64,000 bases of DNA from an uncultured Patescibacteria group bacterium (GCA_937921305.1 CAKZSU010000003.1:116599-180598), one strand, 5' to 3'. Shown: positions 39,201 through 49,283, counted from the stretch's first letter. The notes: generated by a model not told the origin, from the sequence alone. Made by a program: numbers and translations.

Positions 39201-42079
39201 GATACTGTTGAAGCTACGGTATCGCGGGCGATTTGGTCAAGAGTAGATTTTGGCAACGATTGATACCGCGTCGGTAAGACGAGATGAATCTTATCTTTCA
39301 GCGTAAGCTTCTTTTCTTTTCGCAACGCTTGGATAGATCGGATAAGTTCGCGAACCGCTCGCTTCTCCTCTAGTGCTTTTGTAATCTCCATATCAAGAGA
39401 TACCGTCATTTCTCCATATCGCTTATCTAAAACAGACACAGCATCAACAGACGGCTTCTCGAGAGAAGGAACATATCGCTCTACATTCACTTCATCCTGA
39501 ATCGTCTTCAAAATATCTGGAACGCGGGAAAACACCTCCATATCAACGCCCTTCAAACTCCATGCATCAAGCGGTTGTTTGATAGGAAGCGCGTGTTTCT
39601 TTCGCAACGAATGAAGTCCTTCAACGATGGTTCGAGAGAGTTCGACAAGCGACTCAAAATCATCGTTAATCACGGCTTCATCATAAGACGGCCACTCTTC
39701 GTGATGAACCGACTGTTTTTCATGAGGAAGATTTTGATAGATCAATTCAGCGATAAACGGAACAATTGGCGCGATCACGACCGAAACTTGCTTGAGAACC
39801 CAACCAAATACTCGCATTGTTTGAGGGTCGTTTCTAAATCGCTCCCTGCTCCTTCGGAGATACCATGTGGAGAGATCGTCAATAAAGGATGCGATGTGGC
39901 GACACGCAAACGGCGTATCATACCCATCAAACGCCTTTGTAACATCGCGAATCAGTCGATTTGCTTTGCTGACAATCCATCGATCAAGATCGTGCGCGAT
40001 CGATGACGGCAATTCGATGCGATCTTCCTGCAATCCGTAGAGTTTATAAAACGAAAAGGTGTTCCACAAAATAGTGATAACCCGTTGATACACCTCGGCA
40101 ACGCCTTTTTCAGAAAAGTTTATATTTTCTCCTTTCATGACAGGAGACGCCATAAGATAAAAACGAAGCGCATCAACGCCATACTTCTCAAACAAAATCG
40201 ACGGATCGGGATAATTCTTTTTTGATTTGCTCATCTTTTGTCCATCTTCCGCAAGAATATTTCCCGTGGTCACGGCGTTTTCGAATGTGTGTTTTCCAAA
40301 CAATCCAACAGACATCACATGAAGCGTATAAAACCACGCGCGTGTCTGAGCGATGTATTCAGCGATAAATTGCGCCGGGTGGGTTTTCTCAAACACTTCT
40401 TTATTCTCGAAAGGATAATGAATGGACGCGTACGGCATGCTTCCAGACTCTACCCAACAGTCAAATACTTCCGGAATTCGCTTTCCTTTGATCGTTCGGT
40501 CATCATCAACCCACACTTCGATATCGTCCAAAAACTCTCGATGAATATCGGTCAGCCCTTCTACTTTTTTCGGATCTACTGCCCACTGCTGTAATTCCTC
40601 AATCGACCCAATAATTCTCATACTTTGCTGTCGACCGTCCGCTGGCTGCTGGTAAGCCTTCCAAACCGGCATCGGGGTTCCCCAATACCGCGATCGAGAA
40701 ATGTTCCAATCTGGCGCGGTTTCAACACCTTTGCCGAATCGTCCATATTTCAAATGAGACGGATACCAATTGATGCATTCGTTGTGTTTCAACAGATCAG
40801 GCTTTAGTTTTTGAATATTGATAAACCACGCAGGTACCGGCGCGTGATACAAGCGTGTCTCGCACCGGTAACATACCGGAACGCTATGGACGCGCGTTTC
40901 ATCATGATAAATAAGCCCTCGCTTCGCCAAATCTTCATTCACCAGAGGGTTGACATCAAGAATATACATGCCTGCCCATGGTTGCACCTCTGGCTTAAAT
41001 CTTCCCTCGCTATCAACATGCTCGACAAGCTGGACATGATGAGAAGTCATTACGCGAAAGTCATCTTCTCCATACACCGCAAGCGTAACAATACCCGTTC
41101 CTTCTTCATCGGCAACATACGAATCGGCGATAATAACACCCGCTCGCTCTCCTTCCGATCGCGGATAAAAATCGTAATGCAACGCGAAGGTAAACTGTTC
41201 AAGCTCTTTTCCCTTATACGATCCTTCAACTGTATATTTTCCCCGAAGCATAGAGGAGGCCCTGCTTTCCGCAAGAATGTAGCGTTCATCTCCTTGTCTT
41301 ACAACGATATAGGCAATATCAGGATTCACCGCCAATGCCGGCGTAGCGAGTTTATTCCACGGGGTTGTCGACCACGCCAAAAGGTATGTGTTTTGCAACT
41401 CGTTTACTTTGTATTTATAGGTCGTGCTCGGACCCGGCAGATCTTTATAACTATTATCCATCGCGATTTCAAAGTTGGACAACGGCGTCGCGCACCGAGG
41501 ACAGTACAAAATCACTCGCTTTCCTTCATAGACATATCCTTTCTCCCACAATGTCTTAAACGCCCACCACACGGATTCCATGTACGAGATATCCATTGTT
41601 TTATACGAATTCTTGAAATCCACCCATCGGCCAATCCGGCGAATCACTTTTTCCCACTCTTTGTCAAACCGTAGAATCGCGGCTCTGCAGGACGAGTTAA
41701 ACTTGTCTATCCCCATCGCTTCTATCGCTTTTTTTCCTCCTTTTAACCCCAATTCTTTTTCCATCATGTTTTCGATCGGTATACCATGACAATCCCATCC
41801 CCACACCCGCTCCACGCGATATCCTTTCATGGTCCAATAGCGAGGGATAACATCTTTAATCGTAGAAGCAAGAATGTGCCCGTAGTGCGGGGTGCCGGTG
41901 GCAAACGGCGGACCGTCGTAAAACACATACCTTTTGTTTTCCGGACGAGACGACACAGAAGTCTCAAACGCGTGTATTTCCTCCCAATACGCTAGCACAT
42001 CGTATTCTTTTTTCACCAAATCCTGCTTTTCTTGAACATTTTGAATAGCGAGACGATCGACGACTGAATTCATATACAT
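39167..42079 (-). CDS. ileS: isoleucyl-tRNA synthetase
   Basis: HIGH (PHYGHIL), KMSKS (GQKMSKSKKNYP) and the class I editing-domain architecture. Start set at ATG 42079 (MYMNSV...), which is preceded by AAGGAGG; the listed GTG at 42172 lies inside the T-box leader. Confidence 0.85.
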   Translation of the reverse strand: MYMNSVVDRLAIQNVQEKQDLVKKEYDVLAYWEEIHAFETSVSSRPENKRYVFYDGPPFATGTPHYGHILASTIKDVIPRYWTMKGYRVERVWGWDCHGIPIENMMEKELGLKGGKKAIEAMGIDKFNSSCRAAILRFDKEWEKVIRRIGRWVDFKNSYKTMDISYMESVWWAFKTLWEKGYVYEGKRVILYCPRCATPLSNFEIAMDNSYKDLPGPSTTYKYKVNELQNTYLLAWSTTPWNKLATPALAVNPDIAYIVVRQGDERYILAESRASSMLRGKYTVEGSYKGKELEQFTFALHYDFYPRSEGERAGVIIADSYVADEEGTGIVTLAVYGEDDFRVMTSHHVQLVEHVDSEGRFKPEVQPWAGMYILDVNPLVNEDLAKRGLIYHDETRVHSVPVCYRCETRLYHAPVPAWFINIQKLKPDLLKHNECINWYPSHLKYGRFGKGVETAPDWNISRSRYWGTPMPVWKAYQQPADGRQQSMRIIGSIEELQQWAVDPKKVEGLTDIHREFLDDIEVWVDDDRTIKGKRIPEVFDCWVESGSMPYASIHYPFENKEVFEKTHPAQFIAEYIAQTRAWFYTLHVMSVGLFGKHTFENAVTTGNILAEDGQKMSKSKKNYPDPSILFEKYGVDALRFYLMASPVMKGENINFSEKGVAEVYQRVITILWNTFSFYKLYGLQEDRIELPSSIAHDLDRWIVSKANRLIRDVTKAFDGYDTPFACRHIASFIDDLSTWYLRRSRERFRNDPQTMRVFGWVLKQVSVVIAPIVPFIAELIYQNLPHEKQSVHHEEWPSYDEAVINDDFESLVELSRTIVEGLHSLRKKHALPIKQPLDAWSLKGVDMEVFSRVPDILKTIQDEVNVERYVPSLEKPSVDAVSVLDKRYGEMTVSLDMEITKALEEKRAVRELIRSIQALRKEKKLTLKDKIHLVLPTRYQSLPKSTLDQIARDTVASTVSWGESLEISIG

Positions 42080-42345
42080 TTTTACCTCCTTATCAATGCG
42101 ATTCAATACTATATACTTTAAACGCGTATCACAAAAAAGCCGCTCTCCTTTTTGCGAAGGACGAGCGGACACACTCGTGGTACCACCTTGCTTCGTTTTA
42201 CCGAAAGATATAGTAAAACCTCATTGTATAGCTATTACGGGCATACCCGTCAGGGTCTACTCTCCTTCTCGGATTTCTTCCTGAGGCTCGTTCCGTGATT
42301 GCGGAACTCAAACGCCGTTATTTTTTTGTATATTTACACTATACC
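42080..42345 (-). promoter_or_regulatory. T-box riboswitch leader of ileS
   Basis: On the minus strand there is a T-box sequence AAGGUGGUACCACGAG (plus 42174-42195). It is immediately followed by a terminator hairpin and U6 (plus 42133-42168). An upstream Stem-I-like region holds GGAGAGUAG and an AUC triplet (GAAAUCCGAG) as candidate Ile specifier. Confidence 0.6.
42133..42168 (-). terminator. T-box attenuator terminator (intrinsic) upstream of ileS
   Basis: RNA: CCGCUC G UCCUU CGCAAA AAGGA GAGCGG followed by CUUUUUU. The 5' arm can alternatively pair with the T-box sequence as an antiterminator. Confidence 0.55.
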
Positions 42346-42828
42346 ACATCCTTTCCATATTCGTCTATCCCATCAATCATTTCTATCAAGGATATTGAGT
42401 TGATTATCTTACTCTTTGCTTCACTTTGCAAAAAATTTTTTGTTTAAATCTTTCTTTTGATTCAAAACATACTTTCATAAAAATGTACAATACAAGAAAT
42501 CTCAATAGAGTATCGCGTGAATTATTTCGTTATTTATTGCAACTCATGCATGAGAAATCACTTACTTTAAATAGTAGATATCATTATAGCTAGGTAAGCT
42601 ATTCTTAAAATCATTCTTCACTCAATTGAGCGATAAAAATCGATTGAATTCGATCAATAAGTTCTTGAAACGAATATCGTTGAATAATAAACACAAATCA
42701 ATACAATCTTTCCATTCTCCTTCTTGCTGAATCAAGAAAGGAGAGTTCATCGTTTAAATTATTAAAAAATCTCGCATTACTTGTAAAACTTTGTGAAGAA
42801 CAAAAAAATGAATACTAAAAAGAAAAGT

Positions 42829-45800
42829 TTATTCTCTGACAAAGAGTATAAAAAACAACGAAACAGGGAGCAATCCAAATCCTATCCACTGCAACAATTG
42901 CGGAAGAAAAAATAAAATGATTGTTCTTTGCTTTGAAGAGGGCGAAAGCTCCCACCCATTCGCCCAATTATTGACAAGCACATGATTTCGTAACGGTTTT
43001 CCAAAAAGAAACGGAATCATCCTCCCCAACGATGAATCAATTTCATATGCTTTCCATCCCGAGTGAAATGATTGATATAACGCAAGAATTCCTTTCTCCT
43101 CTTGCGGAACGAGAGAAACAACATAATATGTTGGATAAGGATGAAATACATCAGGGGCAACAAATGTATGAGGAACAAATTCTCTCTTTTCTTCTTTTTG
43201 CACCATCAAACCCATCATCCATAAATAAGGGATTTGATGAACAACAACACGATGCAATTCATTTCTTGTTTGCTCATTACCAATAGAAAGATTATCAAAG
43301 TTAATCGTATATCCAAAGCTATATGGTTCTTGCGGTGGGATCACAAAGTGATTCGTAAAAATATCTTTTGCTGATTGAGGTTCTAAATAGGTGTCATAGA
43401 GCAATCGTTTTGTTTGGTGATTTGTAATTGAGATAATCAACGGTAAATTTTCTATATGCTTTGAATCAACAGTAACCACATATCCCTGTCGTTGCAGAAG
43501 AAATGGAAGAAAAAAATCAATACAATTGCTTGAATGAAGACTCGTTAGCGTAAGAACATTTCGTTGTTTCTCTTTTCTTACCTCTTGCATCTTTACTCCA
43601 TCATTAAATGCATCGCATGTTTTCGGTTCTCGAATAAAATTATTCCACGCGTCGCTATTGTAGCTATACAATCCATATACTTTCGGCACATGAACAACAA
43701 TCCGATCACTCAATCCATCGATAAGCATCGTCGCTCCTTTTGTTGCAGTGTCAAAAGAAAGATCAATCACTTTCTCACCATAGACAATACGAGGAAAAGA
43801 ACGATACGTAATTCTATCGTCATCAATCGTAAGCAATGAATCATGATCAAATGGAGGAATCGTCATCACCCCACGAATATCCTTTGAAAGAGATGCTGAA
43901 AATTCGTAACCCTGATCATATTCTTGAATAGTTATCATTCGATCTTGAATCATTTTCCCAGTGAACAAAGAACGAAATGGAAAATATATATCTGGATAAC
44001 CTGTCGATGTTTTATATGGACCAATCATCTCAAACGCCTTATCGATATCCATCGTAATCGCTTTTGGCTGAACTTCCGGAAGTGAAGTAACAAAAGAAAC
44101 ATGCTGATTTGCGCGTTCAGGTCGAACAATACGATAGATATGAATCGATCCAAAGACGCTCTGCTTCTCAAAACGATCATCTTTCACATCTCCATTCAAC
44201 AATTTCTCAAGTGTGAACGATCCAGATTCTTTATCGTGTAACACGATGTTTGTATCTATGAGTAGCCAATCAATCGCGTATTTCCGCAACACTCCATGAA
44301 ATCGATCAATCGAACCCTCCGCCAACGCTTGCGTGCTTTCCCAATAAAAATTTTCGTTATGATAACTCCACGGATCGAATGCGCGATCCATAATCGGCTG
44401 AGGAATACCAAACCATTGAAACCCAGACCCGATCACCCCCCAGCGATACTGCGTCCACGCCCAATACCAAGGAGCTGGAAAAACAGCAATGCGTTGATCA
44501 TATCGTTGCTCTTGAAAAAAACGAAACATATCAAAATATTCCCGAGGAATCGCTACACGAAGATTGCTATGTAAAAAGTGTCCTTGAAACGATGGAAGTG
44601 TTAAAAGGAAAAGTAACACGCTAACAACTGCATGAGCAGCAACAACTATTAATTTTCTTTTTTCAATAAACTGAAAGAAAAACAACAATCCAATTCCAAA
44701 CAACAACGAGAATACCAAACTATACGAGATAAAAAATTTTGTATATACAAATCGAAAGATAATATGAACAAGAGGAAACAACGATCGAATCGCAGTATTT
44801 GCTTGCTCAATCAACGGGATATTATTCCCAATAACAAATAAACTAATAAAAAACCAAAGAACAAGAGGAACACCAGAACTTTGTCGCTTAATCACAACGC
44901 TACCTATCCCTACTATAACAATGCCAAAAACTATCCATCCAATCGGTTCATACCATATCTGAGATAGATGCTCCCGCCATGGCTTCATCATGTAATCAAC
45001 TACTCCTGTAGTATGATCAAGCTGCACAAACTCCAAACTAAAACTCTTTAACAGCGCAAAACTTCTCACATCTCCATATTCATGATTTTTTAAATAAATC
45101 TCATGACTTGCTCGCTGATTATTTTTCGAATTTGCAATGATATGGGCGTTATGTATTGTAGAAGCAATATACGGAAGCCCCCAAAACGCATTTGCAAAAC
45201 ATATTAAGAATATACTGACGAAAACTGGCTTTGGAGATCGTTTTGCTGAAATATGATGAAAAAGGAATACAAAAACAAACATGGTATATACAATAAACAC
45301 TGTTGGGACATGCGCCATCGGCGTAGCAAGAAATGATATAAGAAGAAAGAAAAACGACCGCTTCACGGAAATACGATCCAACAAAAGCGCAAGCCCAAAC
45401 AAAAGCCAAGGCAACCATCCAAAATAAGCGATAAACGGCTCAAAAGGAAGATAAAACATCTGCACAGTTGCAAAATTATATTGATATACTAACGCTGATA
45501 ATGCACCAACAGACCGAACAAATTCTTTTTGTGGATGATTTCGAAATAAAAAAGAGAAAAGAATATAGACTCCTATCCCACCAAATGCATGCATGGAAAA
45601 AATAAAGACATATCGAAGGAGATGGTGGGGGAAAAATAGGGACAACAAAAATATATAAACATAATGAACAACATTTGCAGCGTGCGACATTCCATCCTCT
45701 AAACCAAGTCCTCGATACTCTTGCCAAACACTGGTCAACGCACGAATGATATTAAGGGAAAAATGAAATTCAGGAAAATTATTATCCCACCCAACAACAT

Positions 45801-45915
45801 ATGTTCCGGAAAGATAGTTCTGAACAAATAGCGTGAGGCTTAAAAAGATGATAATAAAAAAAGGGCAATACCGAATAATTACCCTCTGAAGAAATCTCTT
45901 CATCAATTTAAGCAT
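42829..45915 (-). CDS. 1028-aa polytopic membrane protein with large extracytoplasmic C-terminal domain (GT-C-like glycosyltransferase candidate)
   Basis: ~13 N-terminal TM helices (~450 aa) followed by a ~550-aa soluble domain. ATG start. The adjacent GT2 gene supports a glycan-assembly role. Confidence 0.4.
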   Translation of the reverse strand: MLKLMKRFLQRVIIRYCPFFIIIFLSLTLFVQNYLSGTYVVGWDNNFPEFHFSLNIIRALTSVWQEYRGLGLEDGMSHAANVVHYVYIFLLSLFFPHHLLRYVFIFSMHAFGGIGVYILFSFLFRNHPQKEFVRSVGALSALVYQYNFATVQMFYLPFEPFIAYFGWLPWLLFGLALLLDRISVKRSFFFLLISFLATPMAHVPTVFIVYTMFVFVFLFHHISAKRSPKPVFVSIFLICFANAFWGLPYIASTIHNAHIIANSKNNQRASHEIYLKNHEYGDVRSFALLKSFSLEFVQLDHTTGVVDYMMKPWREHLSQIWYEPIGWIVFGIVIVGIGSVVIKRQSSGVPLVLWFFISLFVIGNNIPLIEQANTAIRSLFPLVHIIFRFVYTKFFISYSLVFSLLFGIGLLFFFQFIEKRKLIVVAAHAVVSVLLFLLTLPSFQGHFLHSNLRVAIPREYFDMFRFFQEQRYDQRIAVFPAPWYWAWTQYRWGVIGSGFQWFGIPQPIMDRAFDPWSYHNENFYWESTQALAEGSIDRFHGVLRKYAIDWLLIDTNIVLHDKESGSFTLEKLLNGDVKDDRFEKQSVFGSIHIYRIVRPERANQHVSFVTSLPEVQPKAITMDIDKAFEMIGPYKTSTGYPDIYFPFRSLFTGKMIQDRMITIQEYDQGYEFSASLSKDIRGVMTIPPFDHDSLLTIDDDRITYRSFPRIVYGEKVIDLSFDTATKGATMLIDGLSDRIVVHVPKVYGLYSYNSDAWNNFIREPKTCDAFNDGVKMQEVRKEKQRNVLTLTSLHSSNCIDFFLPFLLQRQGYVVTVDSKHIENLPLIISITNHQTKRLLYDTYLEPQSAKDIFTNHFVIPPQEPYSFGYTINFDNLSIGNEQTRNELHRVVVHQIPYLWMMGLMVQKEEKREFVPHTFVAPDVFHPYPTYYVVSLVPQEEKGILALYQSFHSGWKAYEIDSSLGRMIPFLFGKPLRNHVLVNNWANGWELSPSSKQRTIILFFLPQLLQWIGFGLLPVSLFFILFVRE

Positions 45916-45927
45916 AGCACAGATTTC

Positions 45928-46845
45928 TTATGACTTCTGAACAAGAAACGCGAGAGAACGATGTTCATGGTTCCAAAGTTTCCATTTTATAAGAGACGTC
46001 TTTGCCATTCCGCGAAGAAAAAGATATATTGGAACAATCAATTGTTCCGGCAATAAACCGACAATGACGCATTGAACGGCAAGCACTATCCATGCACGCA
46101 AGGACATCCGATACTGAAATTTTTGTATCGCGGAAAGTCTAATTCGGACAGAGTTCCAAAACTTCTTTTTTGGTTCTTGTAGCGAAGCATTTTTACCGTG
46201 GACGCGATACGCGATCAATTTCTCGGGTAGATTATGAAACAATCCGATGTGAAGAAACCTAAAAAATGTGTAGTAATCGTCGTTCACATCCCAAACCATT
46301 TCATAAATTTTTCTTTTCCGTGGAAGAAACGATCGGCGAATCATCACCGACGGATGAACAATCGGGTGAAGAATACCATACTGTTCATAAATCGCGTCAT
46401 GGTTGATTGGAAATCGTTTTTCCCCAATAATTGTTCCATTTTTATCGATAATATCCGCTTGTGTTCCTAAAACAAATACATCCGGATGGCTCGTCATGTA
46501 GGTTACTTGTCGCTCGATGCGTTCCGGGTAGGATACATCGTCCGCATCCATCCTTGCGATAAACTCGCCTCGAGCAAATTGAACGCCATAGTTCATTGCG
46601 CCGTTGCCCGCGGCGTTTGTTATTCGCTTTGTACGAACCGCGCGAATTTTTTTAGGAAATCGTCTCGCGTAGTCTTGAAGAATCTCCCACGACCGATCTG
46701 TCGAACGATCATCAACGAGAATAATCTCTACATTTGGATATGTTTGACGCAAGAGACTGTCAATAGCTTCCGCGACATACGCTTCTGCGTTATGCACCGG
46801 CATAATCACAGAAACAAGCGGTAATATATTTGTAATAGTTTTCAT
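45928..46845 (-). CDS. family 2 glycosyltransferase with C-terminal TM segment
   Basis: VSVIMPVHNAEAYVAEAIDSLL...ILVDDRSTD...ARMDADD. The ATG at 46845 is preferred over the listed TTG. Confidence 0.8.
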   Translation of the reverse strand: MKTITNILPLVSVIMPVHNAEAYVAEAIDSLLRQTYPNVEIILVDDRSTDRSWEILQDYARRFPKKIRAVRTKRITNAAGNGAMNYGVQFARGEFIARMDADDVSYPERIERQVTYMTSHPDVFVLGTQADIIDKNGTIIGEKRFPINHDAIYEQYGILHPIVHPSVMIRRSFLPRKRKIYEMVWDVNDDYYTFFRFLHIGLFHNLPEKLIAYRVHGKNASLQEPKKKFWNSVRIRLSAIQKFQYRMSLRAWIVLAVQCVIVGLLPEQLIVPIYLFLRGMAKTSLIKWKLWNHEHRSLAFLVQKS

Positions 46846-47039
46846 ACTATATATGTCATACAAACTTTTACTATTTCCTCCATATTCAACGCATTGAATA
46901 CAGAGGAAAAACGAGAACGCAAAAAGAAGAAGACAACAAAAAAAACGTAGATCCTATGCAGCATAGAGCATAGGCACGTCTTCCATTTGCTTCTCTTGCT
47001 TACGTTTTTCCACAATAACGACCGGGAAGTCACTGTACT

Positions 47040-47099
47040 GCCTTATCTGCAGACGCGGATATCGATATTTTTATCGAAACCCACTGCGCTTTATCGCAG
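47040..47099 (+). repeat. left copy of an imperfect direct repeat bounding the GC-rich island
   Basis: GCCTTATCTGC...GCGCTTTATCGCAG. It matches the right copy GCCTTATCTGCGCTTTGCAG (48751-48770) apart from a 35-nt internal insertion with its own small palindrome. Confidence 0.35.
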
Positions 47100-47146
47100 A
47101 ATATTCAGCCTTGGTGACTCCCAGCCGCGTTTGCTATGATGCTACC

Positions 47147-47836
47147 CTATTCGGGCAGCTTCGCGAAGGAGAATCCGGATGCGTTGCCGCGGTTGCAGCG
47201 GACAAAGATCCACGATTCGCCCTTTCCGAGCGTCTCTTCGACGCGGAGCGATAGAATGTTTGCTCGATCAACGAGCAACGTGCCGGTGTCGAAGGGGTGC
47301 TTCCCATCGTAGTTGTGAAACACCATGCACTCAGGGCCCACAAATCTGTAATGCCCTGGATGCAATGTTAGAGCAACCTCATGCGCCTCCCTACCTGGGA
47401 AGGGGAGGCACGGCTGGTACCACCAGCCGTTCGGCTGCAAGTCAGAATAGCCGGACTGCAACGGGTCGTAAACGACCAGATAGTCATTGTGGCCATTGAC
47501 CCCGTTGACCGTCGCGTAAAACACCTGCCCCCCATTAAGGACAGGTACGACCCTGCCGTTCGAGCAGGTTACCTGCCGCGTCGGCTCCGCCACGTTGGGG
47601 GTGGTAGGTTCGGGAGTAGCCGTGACCACCACAACGTTGGGCGTTGTAGGTTCGGGAGTAGCCGTGACCACCACAACGTTGGGCGTGAGGGTGGGGTTAG
47701 GCAGGGTAGGGGTGGAAATGGCGCTCTGCGCCATCTCGCCGATGGTCTGCCCCTGCTGGAACTGAGGCGAGCAAGCAGCGACTACAAGCACTGCTACCAT
47801 ACAAACCAGGAAAACCAGGATTCGTGTGGGTTTCAT
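47147..47836 (-). CDS. lipoprotein with tandem Pro/Thr-rich repeat and Cys/Trp/Gly-rich C-terminal domain (GC-rich island)
   Basis: RBS GGAGAGGGG then ATG (MKPTRILVFLVCMVAVLVVAAC with a VAAC lipobox). Two 14-aa repeats (TPNVVVVTATPEPT). No known domain. GC is well above the window average. Confidence 0.6.
   Translation of the reverse strand: MKPTRILVFLVCMVAVLVVAACSPQFQQGQTIGEMAQSAISTPTLPNPTLTPNVVVVTATPEPTTPNVVVVTATPEPTTPNVAEPTRQVTCSNGRVVPVLNGGQVFYATVNGVNGHNDYLVVYDPLQSGYSDLQPNGWWYQPCLPFPGREAHEVALTLHPGHYRFVGPECMVFHNYDGKHPFDTGTLLVDRANILSLRVEETLGKGESWIFVRCNRGNASGFSFAKLPE
47604..47687. repeat. 42-bp tandem direct repeat (2 copies plus partial) inside the lipoprotein gene
   Basis: GTAGGTTCGGGAGTAGCCGTGACCACCACAACGTTGGGCGTT at 47604-47645, repeated at 47646-47687. 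Confidence 0.7.
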
Positions 47837-47859
47837 TTTTCCCCTCTCCTTATACTTAC

Positions 47860-48351
47860 TCATGGATTAGACTGTGATTGCGCTTGATTGTGAGTGCTAT
47901 GGTCGCCCTTCTTCTTTGAAAGAGCAACCAAATAGACGATGCCCACCAGCACAAAACCGACGCAGATATTAACGAGTTGTTGAAGAGTCAGCGTCGGTAC
48001 GACAAACATGATAAAACCCGCCATCGCCAATACGGCAATGACGAGTTTGCCAAAGTTCTCGCTCTTCACGAGCGACAGCCTCATACTCTCTGGAATAAAC
48101 CAGGCGAGGATAGCAAACATAGCTCCTCCCCCAAGGACAAGTCCCCACCACGGGTTAGAGGCAACTACTTGCGATGCGTAGAGCGAAAGCAGAGCGGAGC
48201 CAGCAGCAAACTCAGACTTACTGAGGAGCTGTATAGCTTTCTGATCAGTCAACCCTCGGATGAGGTATCCGAGGAATGCCATAACCCCAATGATGGTATA
48301 GATCCACCATTGGGTAGTGAGGTAGTTCATCCACTGCTCGATCATGACCAA
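47860..48351 (-). CDS. hypothetical 4-TM membrane protein (GC-rich island)
   Basis: 163 aa with four hydrophobic helices. Its stop overlaps the upstream region of the lipoprotein gene. Confidence 0.5.
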   Translation of the reverse strand: MVMIEQWMNYLTTQWWIYTIIGVMAFLGYLIRGLTDQKAIQLLSKSEFAAGSALLSLYASQVVASNPWWGLVLGGGAMFAILAWFIPESMRLSLVKSENFGKLVIAVLAMAGFIMFVVPTLTLQQLVNICVGFVLVGIVYLVALSKKKGDHSTHNQAQSQSNP

Positions 48352-48750
48352 TTCCCTTTCTTAAACTACGGATTCTCCCACTCTCTTCCTTATCGGGAGT
48401 AAACCTACGATCGTTCCATACGGAAGAGATTTTATATACCGCTGGGAGTTTGCGCGGTAGACACGCCACTCAGCATGTCTATCTGAGGATGACTAAGAAC
48501 CTCAGGATTTCTATCTCCAAAACCATCACTTCTTTAAGTAAGAATATGGAGACAAAAATCCTGAGGCTAAAGCCTCCTCAAACAAAAAATGACTCATCGC
48601 GACTCATCCCAGCAATTTTAGACGAACCCTTCCTTCGCTCGCCATCTCATCCCCTCGTTTACCGACAATCGCTTTAGCGATAAGAGATGCCACCCAGATT
48701 ATTGTTTTTGCGTTCTCGTTTGTTAATGTACAATTCTTGGTAACTACTCC

Positions 48751-48770
48751 GCCTTATCTGCGCTTTGCAG
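48751..48770 (+). repeat. right copy of the island-flanking direct repeat (itself a hairpin CTGC-GCTTT-GCAG)
   Basis: See 47040-47099. Confidence 0.35.
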
Positions 48771-49283
48771 AGGGCGAACTAGCGCCAAGGTCTCCGATCT
48801 CCTTCGGAGTAGGCCTGAGGAAATACTCAGGAACATCTTTACTTCTTAAAGAACTAACTATGTTTCCAAACATTTCCTTCTTTTAGCTCTAAAGACGAAG
48901 ATGCGCGCATCCTGCCGAACGCGCACGTCTTTTCCTCAAAAGCAAAGAAAAAACCGACCGTTTCTTATTATCATTTCAAAGAGCTTCTGTTGGTTCGATA
49001 TACAAATAATTTACTATGATTTATCGCTACCGACAGAAAGCAAAGTTTTGGTGAATTATACTATAGGATATAGTAATTGTCAATAAATAAAGAAGAGGAT
49101 GTAGGGGATTTATTCTTCGTTACTTATAAAAATTCTTACGCCTAAAGGTATAAAAAATCATTTTTTCGTTCAAAAATTGTTCGATTAATAAGGCATCACA
49201 GTATTCACTCATTAGACGTTAAACGCATACAAAAAACTTCTCTTTATCAGCAACATATCCATTCATAATAATATGAAAACATA

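Noticed and set aside
47179-47887. Plus-strand ORFs 47179..47499 and 47381..47887 in the GC-rich island
   Set aside because: They are antisense to the lipoprotein gene. High GC suppresses stops and the encoded proteins are Arg/Gly-rich nonsense.
48352-49283. RNase P RNA, tmRNA or SRP RNA in the long non-coding stretch
   Set aside because: None of the conserved motifs were found by eye: GGAAAGUCCGGGCUCC for RNase P, a tRNA-like 3' end with GGUUCGAAUCC for tmRNA, or the AGGUCAGG...GGAAGCAGCC SRP domain IV. A covariance model search would be needed to be certain.
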